Shown here piece by piece: positions 53,401 through 63,721 of a DNA stretch of 64,000 bases. The notes under the pieces are model-generated. The model saw only the letters and a program-made list of their open reading frames with translations. It did no database searches and was not told the DNA's origin. This DNA comes from a virus. Positions within the stretch are counted from its first letter, which is position 1. Each line of letters starts with the position of its first letter. Location: positions 72,576 to 136,575 of IMG/VR virus record IMGVR_UViG_3300017917_002765; one strand, written 5' to 3'. Position numbers and translations under genes: made by a program.

Positions 53401-56400
53401 TTAAACAATAGGTGGTTTTGCATTAGCTTTGATAGTTTCATAATCAATTTCTGGTGATTTATTTGGATTTAAGTTTTTCCAAGTAGATATTAAAGCTTTA
53501 GCTACGTCTAACGCACAAAATTTAGCTGATGCGCTATTTCCAGCTTTACCACCATACAAACTAGTTTTTTGTAAATATCCTCCTGGATTTATTTTTTTAA
53601 TCGCAATTTCTTTATTTGGACCAAAAAATGTTGGCATTGATGCAAATTCTAACGCTAAATCTGTTATTGCTGATTGCAAATCTGATTCTTTACCTGTGCT
53701 ATTTTGACTAAAATAATTTCTCAAACCTTTTCTATTATTTCCACCGTAAATAATTAACCAAATACCAGCTTGTTCTTGTTTTTTAGCATCAAATATATCA
53801 TCATCTTTAAATTCTAAACTAGTCACCATAGCTTTAAATGTTTCTGGTATTAATTGATATTTACCAACAGCAAAAATTCTTTTTACATCATTTTCTGGTA
53901 ATGCTTGTAATTCCTTAATTCTTTTAATAGTAAAAATTGATGGTTTGTAATTCATATTACCAGAAACACCAGCAATACCTGTATTATATGCGTCATATCC
54001 AGCAAGACCGCTTTCAACACTAGCGACTAAATCTCTTATTGGTTTAGTTGCTGTTAATGTAGGAACTTCAGTATCTGTTGTTAAATCTTTTACCCCTCTA
54101 ACATTATACGTACCACATGTATCGTCACCTACCACCCAACTTCCAATAGAACTTTGACTACCAAAAGTTGTACCTTCAGTTGTATTAAATTGTTTTATGT
54201 TTTCTAATAATGACATATAAAAATCACTTGTAGAAAACAATGTTGTTTTTGGTCTTTTAATTCTAACACCAGTGAAATTGGTGGACATATGATTTGGTTT
54301 GATACTATGTGTTACTTTAATAATCATATAGGCACCATGAAACATTGGAATGTTATCCAACTGAAAATACATCATGGGTTGAATCATGACATTACCCATC
54401 ATTTCAATTTCAGCTTTATAACTTCTTACTGACCATATATTATACATGTTTTGTCCACCTATTGTTCTGTATTTTGGATTACCTCTTTGTGATATGTCTT
54501 CCATTATTTGTTGTGATTCTAGTGTTTCACTAAATTCACTTTGGTCTAAGACTATATCTTTGAATAAATTTTGATTTTGTTGACCATAAACAACTTTAAA
54601 TGCAGTTACAGGTAAATCATTTTCACCAAGTGCGCTGTTAAAATCTTCTGGAGCATCAGTTAAATCTTCACTTAAATCAAAACCATCATTTAAATATTCT
54701 GAATTTGTAAAATCTAAACTGTTTGATGCCTCTCCAATATATGTACAAATAAATGTTGGTCCATATGTTGAATTTTTAAAATTATCATAAGTTGGAAAAG
54801 TTTTAAAAATTGAATCTAAAGAGTTTTGGTCTCTATAATTAATAAAATTAGGTAAAGGAACAAAATTAAAATTATTTGATGATAATAAACTTGTTATTAA
54901 ATCATATGAACTAGAATTTACATTATCTGTTAAATAATCCATCAACGGAAATGGGTTTACAGCTAACGTATCACCTATATCTTTAAATGCTCTATCTAAA
55001 AACCTAAAACTATCAATCAAATTTATTTGTTGAGTATTACTATCTGTTGATTCACATTGAAAGAATATTGACCCTGGATTTTTTACACCACCAATCCATT
55101 TATCATAAATGTTTTTACAAAGTTTATATAACTGAAGCTTAATTAATTTATCGCTTACAGTACCAAAAATTTCTTGTTTTAATTGTTCTTCCTCATTTAA
55201 ACCTACAGATTCTGTGTTACCACTAAATTTATTTACAAGTATTTTTATGTAAGTATCTAAAGATTTTTTATCAACATCAAAATCTTTTCTGTTTAAAAAG
55301 TCATCACTCTGTGGCTTATTATTCCAAATACGGTAATTTGTGTTAGCTATAAAAATTTCTTCTTTATACAAAGAAATTAAATCTTGGTTTATTGCTGCAT
55401 CATCTCTTAATTCTAACCATAAATTATTTCTATATTGGTTCTGATTATTATTACCAGCTGTATAATAAGGTGTGAAAATAATATAATTGTCAAAATTCTT
55501 TGGGAAATTTGACTTTATTTTTTCTGTATTAGCATAGTGTTTGTCACCAGAAGATGTTATAACACCGTTATTTAAATTCGTTATGAAATTGTATTTTGAT
55601 ACTAAATCAGAACCAGAACCGTCTATTATCTCTAAATTGTTATATATTGATGGCCAATCTATATTAACAAAAGATTCAAAAACAGATATAAACTCATTCT
55701 TAACTTGGTCTGGTAAATTTAATAAAGCAACATCTAAATTTTTATATTTACCATTTTCAGCAAAAAGCATTCCAAGTTGATTTAATCTTGGTTTTTCAAA
55801 CAACAAATATTGTTTCACAGACGGGTATGAATTTTTATAATTACTTGTAAAATTTGGTAAAAACGACTCAATAATATCACCGTTAGTATTTGTTTTATAA
55901 AATTTAATTGGGTCATTGGTTTGTTGTGCTCTCCAAAGCATTCCACCAATAAAACAAACCCAAAGCTTAGGTACTGATATAAATCCAGCTCTTTCATTAA
56001 ATGACCTGATAATTTCATTCATATCAAATATTGACTTATCTCTTTCTGTTCCTTCACCTACAAGGCCTTTCCAAGGAAAAGTGTGTAAAAACAATATTGC
56101 TTTAGCTTTTTCATCTGTTTGTTCATAATACAATCTACTACCAAAAAGACTAATTGGTACTATCTTCGTAAAATCAAGACCCAAAAGAAAATCAGGTTGC
56201 AAAACGTTAAAATCAATATATGGATATGAAATTTGTCTACTATTTGATGAATTTTCGTAAACTAATTCTAAATTTTTACCAAATGATTTGTGAGTATTTA
56301 CACTCTTATAATCAAAATAACCAAAATTTAAATATGTAATGTCAAAACTATTAGAAATTATTTCATATTTATTTTTTACGGTATAACCACCGTTTTTCCA

Positions 56401-59043
56401 AGTATATATGTCATATGAACTAGTTGTTGCCAAACCCTTAGAACCACTATCCTTTCTTGTATAACCAAGACCATTTGCTTTAACTGGTTTACGTCCAACA
56501 TCATTCTCATCAATTGCCTGACTAGAATCTAAAGAATAAAAAATATATCTATACGGAAAATTAGTAATTTCTTGTGTTTCACCATTTATCGTTGTATTTA
56601 TACCATAATCCAAAAGTTCAAAAGTTTGAATACCATATGAACTACCAAAAATATTAAAACCAGGATTTTCACCATCTTTTAATTTGGTATAATCTAAAGG
56701 TTTTATATCAACACTCTGAGGTAGTGAAGCCGTAGTAAACTCATCATATTCATTCTTAGAGAATATTTTAACGTATATACCACCATCATCAGGTTTTTCT
56801 AAATTTCTATTTCCTTCATCATATATTGTGGATACGTAATTTGTTAAAAATATATAATCTTCATTTCTTTTATCAACTAACTCTGATGTTTTATCAGGCC
56901 ATTCACTATTGTTAAATCCTTTATTAATCGGTATTATTTGACCAAAACCATTGTTTAGTTCTGAAAAAGATATAAAGTTATATTTATACTTGGAACCAAT
57001 TGGCTCTAACAATTTTTTGGTATAGCTTTGCGTTGATAAAGAACTTGAACTAGTTATTGAATAATTACCAGTTATATTAATATAATCTTCAAATTTTTTA
57101 TCAGCTAATGGTTTTACTGTTTTGTCTTTGTTTTTTGCACTTCTAACAATAGCTTGATATTCGGCATCAGCCATTTTTGCTATTTCTTCATCATCAAGTC
57201 CTTTATTTGATACCCCAAGAAAAACTATTGCTCTTAACATAGCAATTCTAATAATATCATCTGGTGATAATGAATTGTATCTAGCATATGGTTCTGTATT
57301 GGTAAATAATCTTGTATCTAATGGATTTATAGCAAACCAATTTTTAAGATTTTCTTTTAAATTGCTTTGAGTTTCTTTAATTTTTTCAGCTGAAATTAAA
57401 AAAGCTTTTAATAATTTATCAATAAAAACCAACTCATTAATTTTTTGTTTATCTGTTTCAGTTAAACCATCAACATCACCTAAATAAGATTCTTCATAAC
57501 CATATGATTGAGTTTTTTTCCTGAATGCTGGCCATGGGTAAAACTTGTCAGATAAACTACCAGAAGCCGAATTATTTGGTGTTTGACCTATTGCGTTGTT
57601 TTTTATATCTGTTATATTAACATCGTTTTTAAAAATATTTTTTAAAACATCTTTTCTATCTTGATTTTCTTCAGCAGCTTTAGAAACACTATATATAGCA
57701 TAAAACAGAGCCTCTACTGATGATGTTAAAATATTAACTATGTTTCTAATTGAGGGAGAAAAATTTAATTTACCTGTTATTTCAGAATCTAATTGTTTTG
57801 CTAAATCTTGTTGTAATAAACTAATTTCATCTTTTGTTGCATCAGATATTTCAGATATTTTATTTAAGTTATTTCTATTGTCAATAATACGTAACTCTGT
57901 GTCTTTACCTAAAGTGTCTGTTAGACCATTTCTTTCAATATAATTTAAAATTTCTTTATTTCTTTCGTCACCATTATTTTGATTTAGTTTGTTTAATGAT
58001 GTTGGTATATATATTAAATTTGTAAAGTCTTCTCGTCTTAATTTAAATTTAGTATTGGTATTGTATTCATCAATAGCTTTGCCAATATCAGCTGAATACT
58101 TGGAGAAATTTTTAAGAAGTGAATCAGCATCATCTTTCTTATAAATTGTAAAACTATAATCGTTATTATCTGGTGTTTTATTAGCTAATTTATTTAACAG
58201 TTCTGTGTTTAGTATTCCAATATTGTTTTTTATTACACCTAATTCTTCTAATTTTTTATTTCCAGTATTTACATCACTAGCTTGTGGTGATGTACTTAAA
58301 ATCCCATCAACACTATTATTAATTTCAGATATTTTTTGATATAATTCATCTAGTGTTAATAAATTTGGGTATTCATCTTTTAACTCTTTATATTTTAAAT
58401 TACCCTCATTGACATATGGAATTGCTCTCATAAAACCAACCAAAGCATCAGATAACATGGCATAAGTATAACCAACAAAATTTGCTGTGATTTCAAAATT
58501 ACCAGTTTGTGAATTAAACCTAGAGTTCATCTTGGTCATATGTAAACAATATTCAACTTGTTGTCCATAATAACCCTTGATTGATAATTTATATAAAGGA
58601 TATGGTAATTGGAAAAAAACTGAGTATTTATTGCTTCCAGTTGCAGTTCTGCTTTCATTTTGAAAAATAGCACTACCTCTAACATCAGTAAATTGAATAA
58701 CAATCATTGGTGCATAAGAAGAATTAAAAGATATATCTATTGAAGTAATACCTAGAGCCTCATCAGCGTTACCATCTGAAAGTCTAGTTGTTAAGTTTGT
58801 ATAATTAGTTGTTAAATTTTTGTCTCTTCCTGTTTGAGCACCTTCAATGAATTTTATACTAACACCTTCTTCTGTTTTTGCAAATGAACCTTGTTTATCT
58901 TGTGTTAATAATGTTCTACTTTTTTTATCTACACTTAATTGAACTGAAATCGTTAAATCTTCCAATGGAACTGGAATATTATTAAATAAAGATGTATTAC
59001 CTAAAACATTATTAGGGTCTATGACTGTTGTATTAGTTGCCAT
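53401..59043 (-). CDS. Baseplate hub-like protein with C-terminal lysozyme-like (lambda R/GH104-like) domain
   Basis: Hub-like ends (GITSIDISF...; YKAEIEMMGNVMIQPMMYF...GAYMIIKVTHSI). C-terminal VASVES..YDAYN...AVGKYQLIPET...FDAKKQE...LALEFASMP. Confidence 0.75.
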   Translation of the reverse strand: MATNTTVIDPNNVLGNTSLFNNIPVPLEDLTISVQLSVDKKSRTLLTQDKQGSFAKTEEGVSIKFIEGAQTGRDKNLTTNYTNLTTRLSDGNADEALGITSIDISFNSSYAPMIVIQFTDVRGSAIFQNESRTATGSNKYSVFFQLPYPLYKLSIKGYYGQQVEYCLHMTKMNSRFNSQTGNFEITANFVGYTYAMLSDALVGFMRAIPYVNEGNLKYKELKDEYPNLLTLDELYQKISEINNSVDGILSTSPQASDVNTGNKKLEELGVIKNNIGILNTELLNKLANKTPDNNDYSFTIYKKDDADSLLKNFSKYSADIGKAIDEYNTNTKFKLRREDFTNLIYIPTSLNKLNQNNGDERNKEILNYIERNGLTDTLGKDTELRIIDNRNNLNKISEISDATKDEISLLQQDLAKQLDSEITGKLNFSPSIRNIVNILTSSVEALFYAIYSVSKAAEENQDRKDVLKNIFKNDVNITDIKNNAIGQTPNNSASGSLSDKFYPWPAFRKKTQSYGYEESYLGDVDGLTETDKQKINELVFIDKLLKAFLISAEKIKETQSNLKENLKNWFAINPLDTRLFTNTEPYARYNSLSPDDIIRIAMLRAIVFLGVSNKGLDDEEIAKMADAEYQAIVRSAKNKDKTVKPLADKKFEDYINITGNYSITSSSSLSTQSYTKKLLEPIGSKYKYNFISFSELNNGFGQIIPINKGFNNSEWPDKTSELVDKRNEDYIFLTNYVSTIYDEGNRNLEKPDDGGIYVKIFSKNEYDEFTTASLPQSVDIKPLDYTKLKDGENPGFNIFGSSYGIQTFELLDYGINTTINGETQEITNFPYRYIFYSLDSSQAIDENDVGRKPVKANGLGYTRKDSGSKGLATTSSYDIYTWKNGGYTVKNKYEIISNSFDITYLNFGYFDYKSVNTHKSFGKNLELVYENSSNSRQISYPYIDFNVLQPDFLLGLDFTKIVPISLFGSRLYYEQTDEKAKAILFLHTFPWKGLVGEGTERDKSIFDMNEIIRSFNERAGFISVPKLWVCFIGGMLWRAQQTNDPIKFYKTNTNGDIIESFLPNFTSNYKNSYPSVKQYLLFEKPRLNQLGMLFAENGKYKNLDVALLNLPDQVKNEFISVFESFVNIDWPSIYNNLEIIDGSGSDLVSKYNFITNLNNGVITSSGDKHYANTEKIKSNFPKNFDNYIIFTPYYTAGNNNQNQYRNNLWLELRDDAAINQDLISLYKEEIFIANTNYRIWNNKPQSDDFLNRKDFDVDKKSLDTYIKILVNKFSGNTESVGLNEEEQLKQEIFGTVSDKLIKLQLYKLCKNIYDKWIGGVKNPGSIFFQCESTDSNTQQINLIDSFRFLDRAFKDIGDTLAVNPFPLMDYLTDNVNSSSYDLITSLLSSNNFNFVPLPNFINYRDQNSLDSIFKTFPTYDNFKNSTYGPTFICTYIGEASNSLDFTNSEYLNDGFDLSEDLTDAPEDFNSALGENDLPVTAFKVVYGQQNQNLFKDIVLDQSEFSETLESQQIMEDISQRGNPKYRTIGGQNMYNIWSVRSYKAEIEMMGNVMIQPMMYFQLDNIPMFHGAYMIIKVTHSIKPNHMSTNFTGVRIKRPKTTLFSTSDFYMSLLENIKQFNTTEGTTFGSQSSIGSWVVGDDTCGTYNVRGVKDLTTDTEVPTLTATKPIRDLVASVESGLAGYDAYNTGIAGVSGNMNYKPSIFTIKRIKELQALPENDVKRIFAVGKYQLIPETFKAMVTSLEFKDDDIFDAKKQEQAGIWLIIYGGNNRKGLRNYFSQNSTGKESDLQSAITDLALEFASMPTFFGPNKEIAIKKINPGGYLQKTSLYGGKAGNSASAKFCALDVAKALISTWKNLNPNKSPEIDYETIKANAKPPIV

Positions 59044-59347
59044 ATAAAAGTATATGTTTTTTTACTTGGTCCACATATGATTGAATAGCTGAATCAAAAG
59101 GAAATGGTACCCTTAAAACCGTATTATCTGGTATCATAAATTCAAGACCACCATATTGTGGATTACCTTGCATTATTAACCAACCGCTATAAGGATTATT
59201 ATAATATTCATTACTTATTTTGTCAAGCCTTGTTTCTCCTTTTCTATAAACAAATGATTTATCATTACCAGAGTCTGGTATTATTATCCCAGGAATTGGC
59301 TTCATATTACCATTATCCCTAAAAATCTTATATCTGTCGAAATACAT
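59033..59347 (-). CDS. LysM-like baseplate wedge protein (gp53 / P2 gpX-like)
   Basis: GETRLDKISNEYYNNPYSGWLIMQGNP...LRVP. Confidence 0.82.
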   Translation of the reverse strand: MYFDRYKIFRDNGNMKPIPGIIIPDSGNDKSFVYRKGETRLDKISNEYYNNPYSGWLIMQGNPQYGGLEFMIPDNTVLRVPFPFDSAIQSYVDQVKKHILLYGN

Positions 59348-59502
59348 CTTATTAAACTATTTTAACTGTTTTTATTATTGTGTTATAATAACTACAAAAT
59401 GGTTGTAAGTTAGTATAAACATTTAACTTAGTTTTAAAAAAATTTTTACATTTTTCTATCATTTCAAAATATTATATTCTTTTGATTTGTTTAATATTTT
59501 AG

Positions 59503-62500
59503 TTATGTCACTATAAACATTTTTTTAAATAATAATCCTCCATCGTATTTAACTTTTACAACATATGAACCACTAGATATTATTATTTTAGGCAAACTAG
59601 AATCAGGCTCGATAATAGAACCAAAATAAAAACCAAATGTCGAATCTAAACCTCCAGATAATAACCAGTCTAAACTTTTATAAGTTGGTGAATTTAATAC
59701 AACAGCTTCTTCAATTATCATTTGCCCTAAAACATTTTCTATACTCAATTTTAAACCTTTACTTAAAAATGTGTTTTTTTCTTGTTCACTACTGTTAGAT
59801 GTTAACCCATCAAAAGTTAAATTTACTCTAATATCATGTTTTTCACCACCCCAATTACCAACAACAATATTACCAATTCCACTTACTTTAGGTTCAGTTG
59901 TACCAGAACTAGGTGGTTGATTTGCAGCCTGTGTTGCTAATGGTCCATTTTGTATATCACAAGTTTCTACTTGGTTAATTTCTGGTGTATCTTCTACTAC
60001 CAAACCTAAATCAGTTGTTATTGTTTCTTCAGTATAACCAGTAGCTCCATTAACAATTCCCCACCCAGAAGGTGTTGGTTGTATTGATATGTAATCAGCT
60101 CTTGTATCATAAACTTGTGTATTAGCATAATAATTAAACGACAACGCATTCTGTAATTTATTTATAGGTCCAAGAAGTGATGAACCACCTAACATTTTAA
60201 ATGATAATGTTACGTTAGCTATCATTGGTTGAACGCCAACACCCTCTGGATTTAAATCCCATTGTAATGGGTCGTAATCTATTGATAAGTTGTCAAATAT
60301 TACTTTGGTATTAAAGAAATCACCAATTCTAAGAATACATACTGGAGCCCTACCGAAAGCTAAGTTAACAGCTCCTTGAGCCTCATTTGTTGGTCCTTGT
60401 CTAGTACATTGTTGTAAGAATGTAAGTCTTGAGTTTAACCCTTCTGGTGTCATTGAATGAAACGCTGGATGGAAGTATTTTATTTTTTCTCTAAATGAAT
60501 CAAATACAAATCCGTCTGTTTCTTTTAATTTATCAAAATAATTACATTCAGTATAAAATCTATTGGTTATTTTTGTATTTATCTTTCTATTTTGTGGTTT
60601 GACAACTTTGTCTGGTGTTACTTGTGTTTCTGGTTTTAGTTTATCATCGATAGCAAAAGTTATAACTGACTTTCTATCCATTTTACATTGTTTTGTGTCA
60701 GTTCTAGTACCAGACTTTGGATTACAACCAGTATTATAAAGAGTTTCATTCTTATCACTCTTTCTAATTCTTGCTTTTTTATATTCATCACTTTTTCCAA
60801 GATATAACTTTTGATACAAATCTCCATAAATACTATCTGTTCTACCATTAGATAAAATTTCATTAGATTTTGGATTACCTTGCGCACTTGCATAAGAAGT
60901 AATTGTCAAATAACAACTAGGACATTTCTCGTCCAAATAAATGCTTAAATCAGCAATATATAATGGGTCTAATATTCCGTTATATGTTTTTCCACCTGGT
61001 TCTATTTGTATTGGATTATACCACCCATTTAAACCAAAATTGTTTATATCGTTCCAAGTTGTTTGACTTGTTACACCACCTGAATAAGAACCAATACCAT
61101 AACCAGCTCCATCTGGATTTAATTTGTAATTAATTTTATCATTAATTGTTGAACCACTTAAACCGTTTTCGTATTTTTGTGGTATTGCAGTTGAATCATT
61201 TGGGAAGTAAATGGTAAACGGTTGTGGTGGCGTCTCTGGTGTTACTGTTTTTATTGGTGTTATTGTTACGTTATCAACTATAATATCTTCTCTTTCAGAT
61301 ACTGTTAATTTATCAATAAATTCTTGTGTAGGTTCAATACAACCAGCAAAAAATGATGCAACATAATTGTCATCTGGTCCAGAGTATCCTCTAAATGAAT
61401 TAACATAACTAGGATGGTCAACTATAATACTAAATGAAAGTGTTCCACTTCTTTCTGTGTTATTATATGTGTATACTGGTTCACCTCTACCAATAAAATT
61501 AGTACTTTCCCAATTGACATTTGATGATTCATTTATGCTAATATTATATGGTGGAAACCACATTATTCTACCTTTTTTACCTGTTAATAAATCTCCTGGA
61601 CCTATTTCACATGGTGGTAAATTTTTAAAAGAATCAGCCCAAGCTAAGTTTTCAATTGAGAACATATATTTTTTAGGGTCTGTTGGACTATCTGACCTAT
61701 AAGGAGCTATTTTAACAAATCCATTATCATCCAATACAGAACCTTTTAGTTGGTTTCTATAAGGATATGTGGTATCTAAACCTCTATGTCTTACCAGCTG
61801 ATTAACATATTGATATCTGTCTAATGTTGTCCAACTTCGACAATAAACTTGGTCTGCCGTTCCCTTTCCAATACCTACATACTTACCAGTTCCAAATTCA
61901 TAATTTGCTGCTGTTAAAACAGCACTACCTTTTGAAAATCCACCACCGTTTGCTGTTGTTATTTGTGATGAACTATTATTCATATCACCTTTCGATGTTA
62001 CAATATTTTTCATACCCTTACTGTTAAACAACTTTTGTGTCTTAACCAATAAAGATTTTTTATCACCTAACAATTCATCAAATTCATTTTCATAATTTGA
62101 ATTTGTCAAACTACCTTTACTTGTAGTCCAAGTAAAACCAACATCACTAAGTTTTCTATTATTATAACCAGAATTTCCTCTTGGCCCTGTAGATATTTCT
62201 TCTGGTGATTTAAAACCATAATCAGAAACCATTTGTGACCTATTATAACTTATTTCTGGGATAACATTATTAGGGTCTGAAACAACAAAATTATAAATGG
62301 TTGATTTATCAGCATTATAAAAAGCATATAGACTAGGGTTAATATCAGGAGTTTCTCCTCTATTGTTTTTGTAACCTGGAACATAACCACTTCTAAATGG
62401 TGTTGTTGAAGGATTATCATATTGACCAGTTCCAATAACATTTGCATTAACATTTGAAATCAGCGCAGTAACTTGACCTTTACCAGTATTTAGTAACATT

Positions 62501-63549
62501 GAATTGGCTCTTTCAATATTTGCTGCATTACTTTCAGATAAAAATATTGAACCATCATCACTCAAATAGCTTTTAGGAAGTGTAAAACCAAGTATTCTTG
62601 ATGTATAATCAGCAACTCTACCCAAATCACCAGAAGGAACCGTAATTTGATAATTTGGTCTAAATCCAGGAGTTGTACCATCCTTAACAAGACTAAGGAT
62701 ATTATCTCTTGCATTTAAAGAACCAAGTATTTCTTCTTGAATATTAAATGCTGCATTATTTGCTAATGCTAATGCTAATTGCTGAGCACCTATTGAACCA
62801 AGTCTTGTGTCATTTATAACACCAGTAGCACCTAAAACTCTACCAGCTAATGAAGACCTAATATCAAAATTAGTAACAATACCAGTATTTGAAAAACCAA
62901 TTCCTTGTCCATTTAATACACTACCTATTATATCAGCTATTTGTGTTGATTGCCCATCACCTAAATTTAAGGCACCATATTCGTTTAAATAACCATCAAT
63001 TTGTTGTGAATAACCTATCGGTTGAAGAGATATCCAATCTGATACATCTGTCTGTTCAGCAGCGTCTAAATAAAGATTGTACTTGGTATTGTTTTTTCTA
63101 AAAGAAGCATAGTTTGTTTTTCCATATAAACCTAATTCTTTTATTTGTTGAGTAGCACTAATTGGATATGATTGTGTTCCTTGTGGAAAATCAACCCCAC
63201 CAAATACACCTTGAGTTTGAGTAATGTCTTCAATGTCTAATAATGAAGGTGCATTTGTGTCATCATTTTTAAATTTATTTGGTAGTATTGCAATATCATA
63301 TCTAAATAAACCTTCAATTTCTAATGGTAAACCTAGTGGTACTACATTGGTATCATTATTAATACTTGTATCTAAAACTGGTTCACCAATACGTACAGTG
63401 CCTGGACTAAGATTTAATGCTTGAGGATATACTGGACCTAAATTCTTTAATAATAAAAAATCCCTATAACCATAATCAGTAGCTGTTTTAGTTATTGAGT
63501 TTTTATTTCCTGGATTTGGAGCTGACGTATTATAATATGGAAAGGACAT
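59503..63549 (-). CDS. Large tail-tube-initiator (gp48/gp54-like) protein with embedded OmpA-like domain
   Basis: Tube-like segments FPPYNISINESSNVNWESTNFIGRGEPVYTYNNTERSGTLSF and PVCILRIGDFF...PMIANVTLSF; OmpA-like IYFPND...SYASAQG....NEILSNGR. Confidence 0.68.
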   Translation of the reverse strand: MSFPYYNTSAPNPGNKNSITKTATDYGYRDFLLLKNLGPVYPQALNLSPGTVRIGEPVLDTSINNDTNVVPLGLPLEIEGLFRYDIAILPNKFKNDDTNAPSLLDIEDITQTQGVFGGVDFPQGTQSYPISATQQIKELGLYGKTNYASFRKNNTKYNLYLDAAEQTDVSDWISLQPIGYSQQIDGYLNEYGALNLGDGQSTQIADIIGSVLNGQGIGFSNTGIVTNFDIRSSLAGRVLGATGVINDTRLGSIGAQQLALALANNAAFNIQEEILGSLNARDNILSLVKDGTTPGFRPNYQITVPSGDLGRVADYTSRILGFTLPKSYLSDDGSIFLSESNAANIERANSMLLNTGKGQVTALISNVNANVIGTGQYDNPSTTPFRSGYVPGYKNNRGETPDINPSLYAFYNADKSTIYNFVVSDPNNVIPEISYNRSQMVSDYGFKSPEEISTGPRGNSGYNNRKLSDVGFTWTTSKGSLTNSNYENEFDELLGDKKSLLVKTQKLFNSKGMKNIVTSKGDMNNSSSQITTANGGGFSKGSAVLTAANYEFGTGKYVGIGKGTADQVYCRSWTTLDRYQYVNQLVRHRGLDTTYPYRNQLKGSVLDDNGFVKIAPYRSDSPTDPKKYMFSIENLAWADSFKNLPPCEIGPGDLLTGKKGRIMWFPPYNISINESSNVNWESTNFIGRGEPVYTYNNTERSGTLSFSIIVDHPSYVNSFRGYSGPDDNYVASFFAGCIEPTQEFIDKLTVSEREDIIVDNVTITPIKTVTPETPPQPFTIYFPNDSTAIPQKYENGLSGSTINDKINYKLNPDGAGYGIGSYSGGVTSQTTWNDINNFGLNGWYNPIQIEPGGKTYNGILDPLYIADLSIYLDEKCPSCYLTITSYASAQGNPKSNEILSNGRTDSIYGDLYQKLYLGKSDEYKKARIRKSDKNETLYNTGCNPKSGTRTDTKQCKMDRKSVITFAIDDKLKPETQVTPDKVVKPQNRKINTKITNRFYTECNYFDKLKETDGFVFDSFREKIKYFHPAFHSMTPEGLNSRLTFLQQCTRQGPTNEAQGAVNLAFGRAPVCILRIGDFFNTKVIFDNLSIDYDPLQWDLNPEGVGVQPMIANVTLSFKMLGGSSLLGPINKLQNALSFNYYANTQVYDTRADYISIQPTPSGWGIVNGATGYTEETITTDLGLVVEDTPEINQVETCDIQNGPLATQAANQPPSSGTTEPKVSGIGNIVVGNWGGEKHDIRVNLTFDGLTSNSSEQEKNTFLSKGLKLSIENVLGQMIIEEAVVLNSPTYKSLDWLLSGGLDSTFGFYFGSIIEPDSSLPKIIISSGSYVVKVKYDGGLLFKKMFIVT

Positions 63550-63655
63550 AGTACTTTTTCTTAATAAATACTATTCTACCTCAATTTTTATCAAAATAAA
63601 TGATTGGAATTAAAATATAAAATACATAATAATAAATATATAATATTATATAATA

Positions 63656-63686
63656 CAAATATACGGTTTTTATTTTACATAGTCAA
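63656..63686 (-). promoter_or_regulatory. Bacteroidota sigma-A promoter (TTG-N20-TATATTTG), with TATTTAT motifs downstream at 63632 and 63564
   Basis: Consensus match in a very AT-rich intergenic region. Confidence 0.65.
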
Positions 63687-63721
63687 GTCTATTTGAAGAA
63701 AAAGTGTGTAAAATTAACAAA

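Noticed and set aside
135-63424. Many +-strand ORFs in the track (e.g. 4029-4475, 7292-7813, 12979-13461, 13612-14160, 40164-40637, 51664-52035) and short nested minus-strand ORFs
   Set aside because: They are antisense or off-frame shadows of long genes, typically Ser/Phe/Leu-rich as expected opposite Glu/Lys/Asn-rich coding, with no motifs or promoters.
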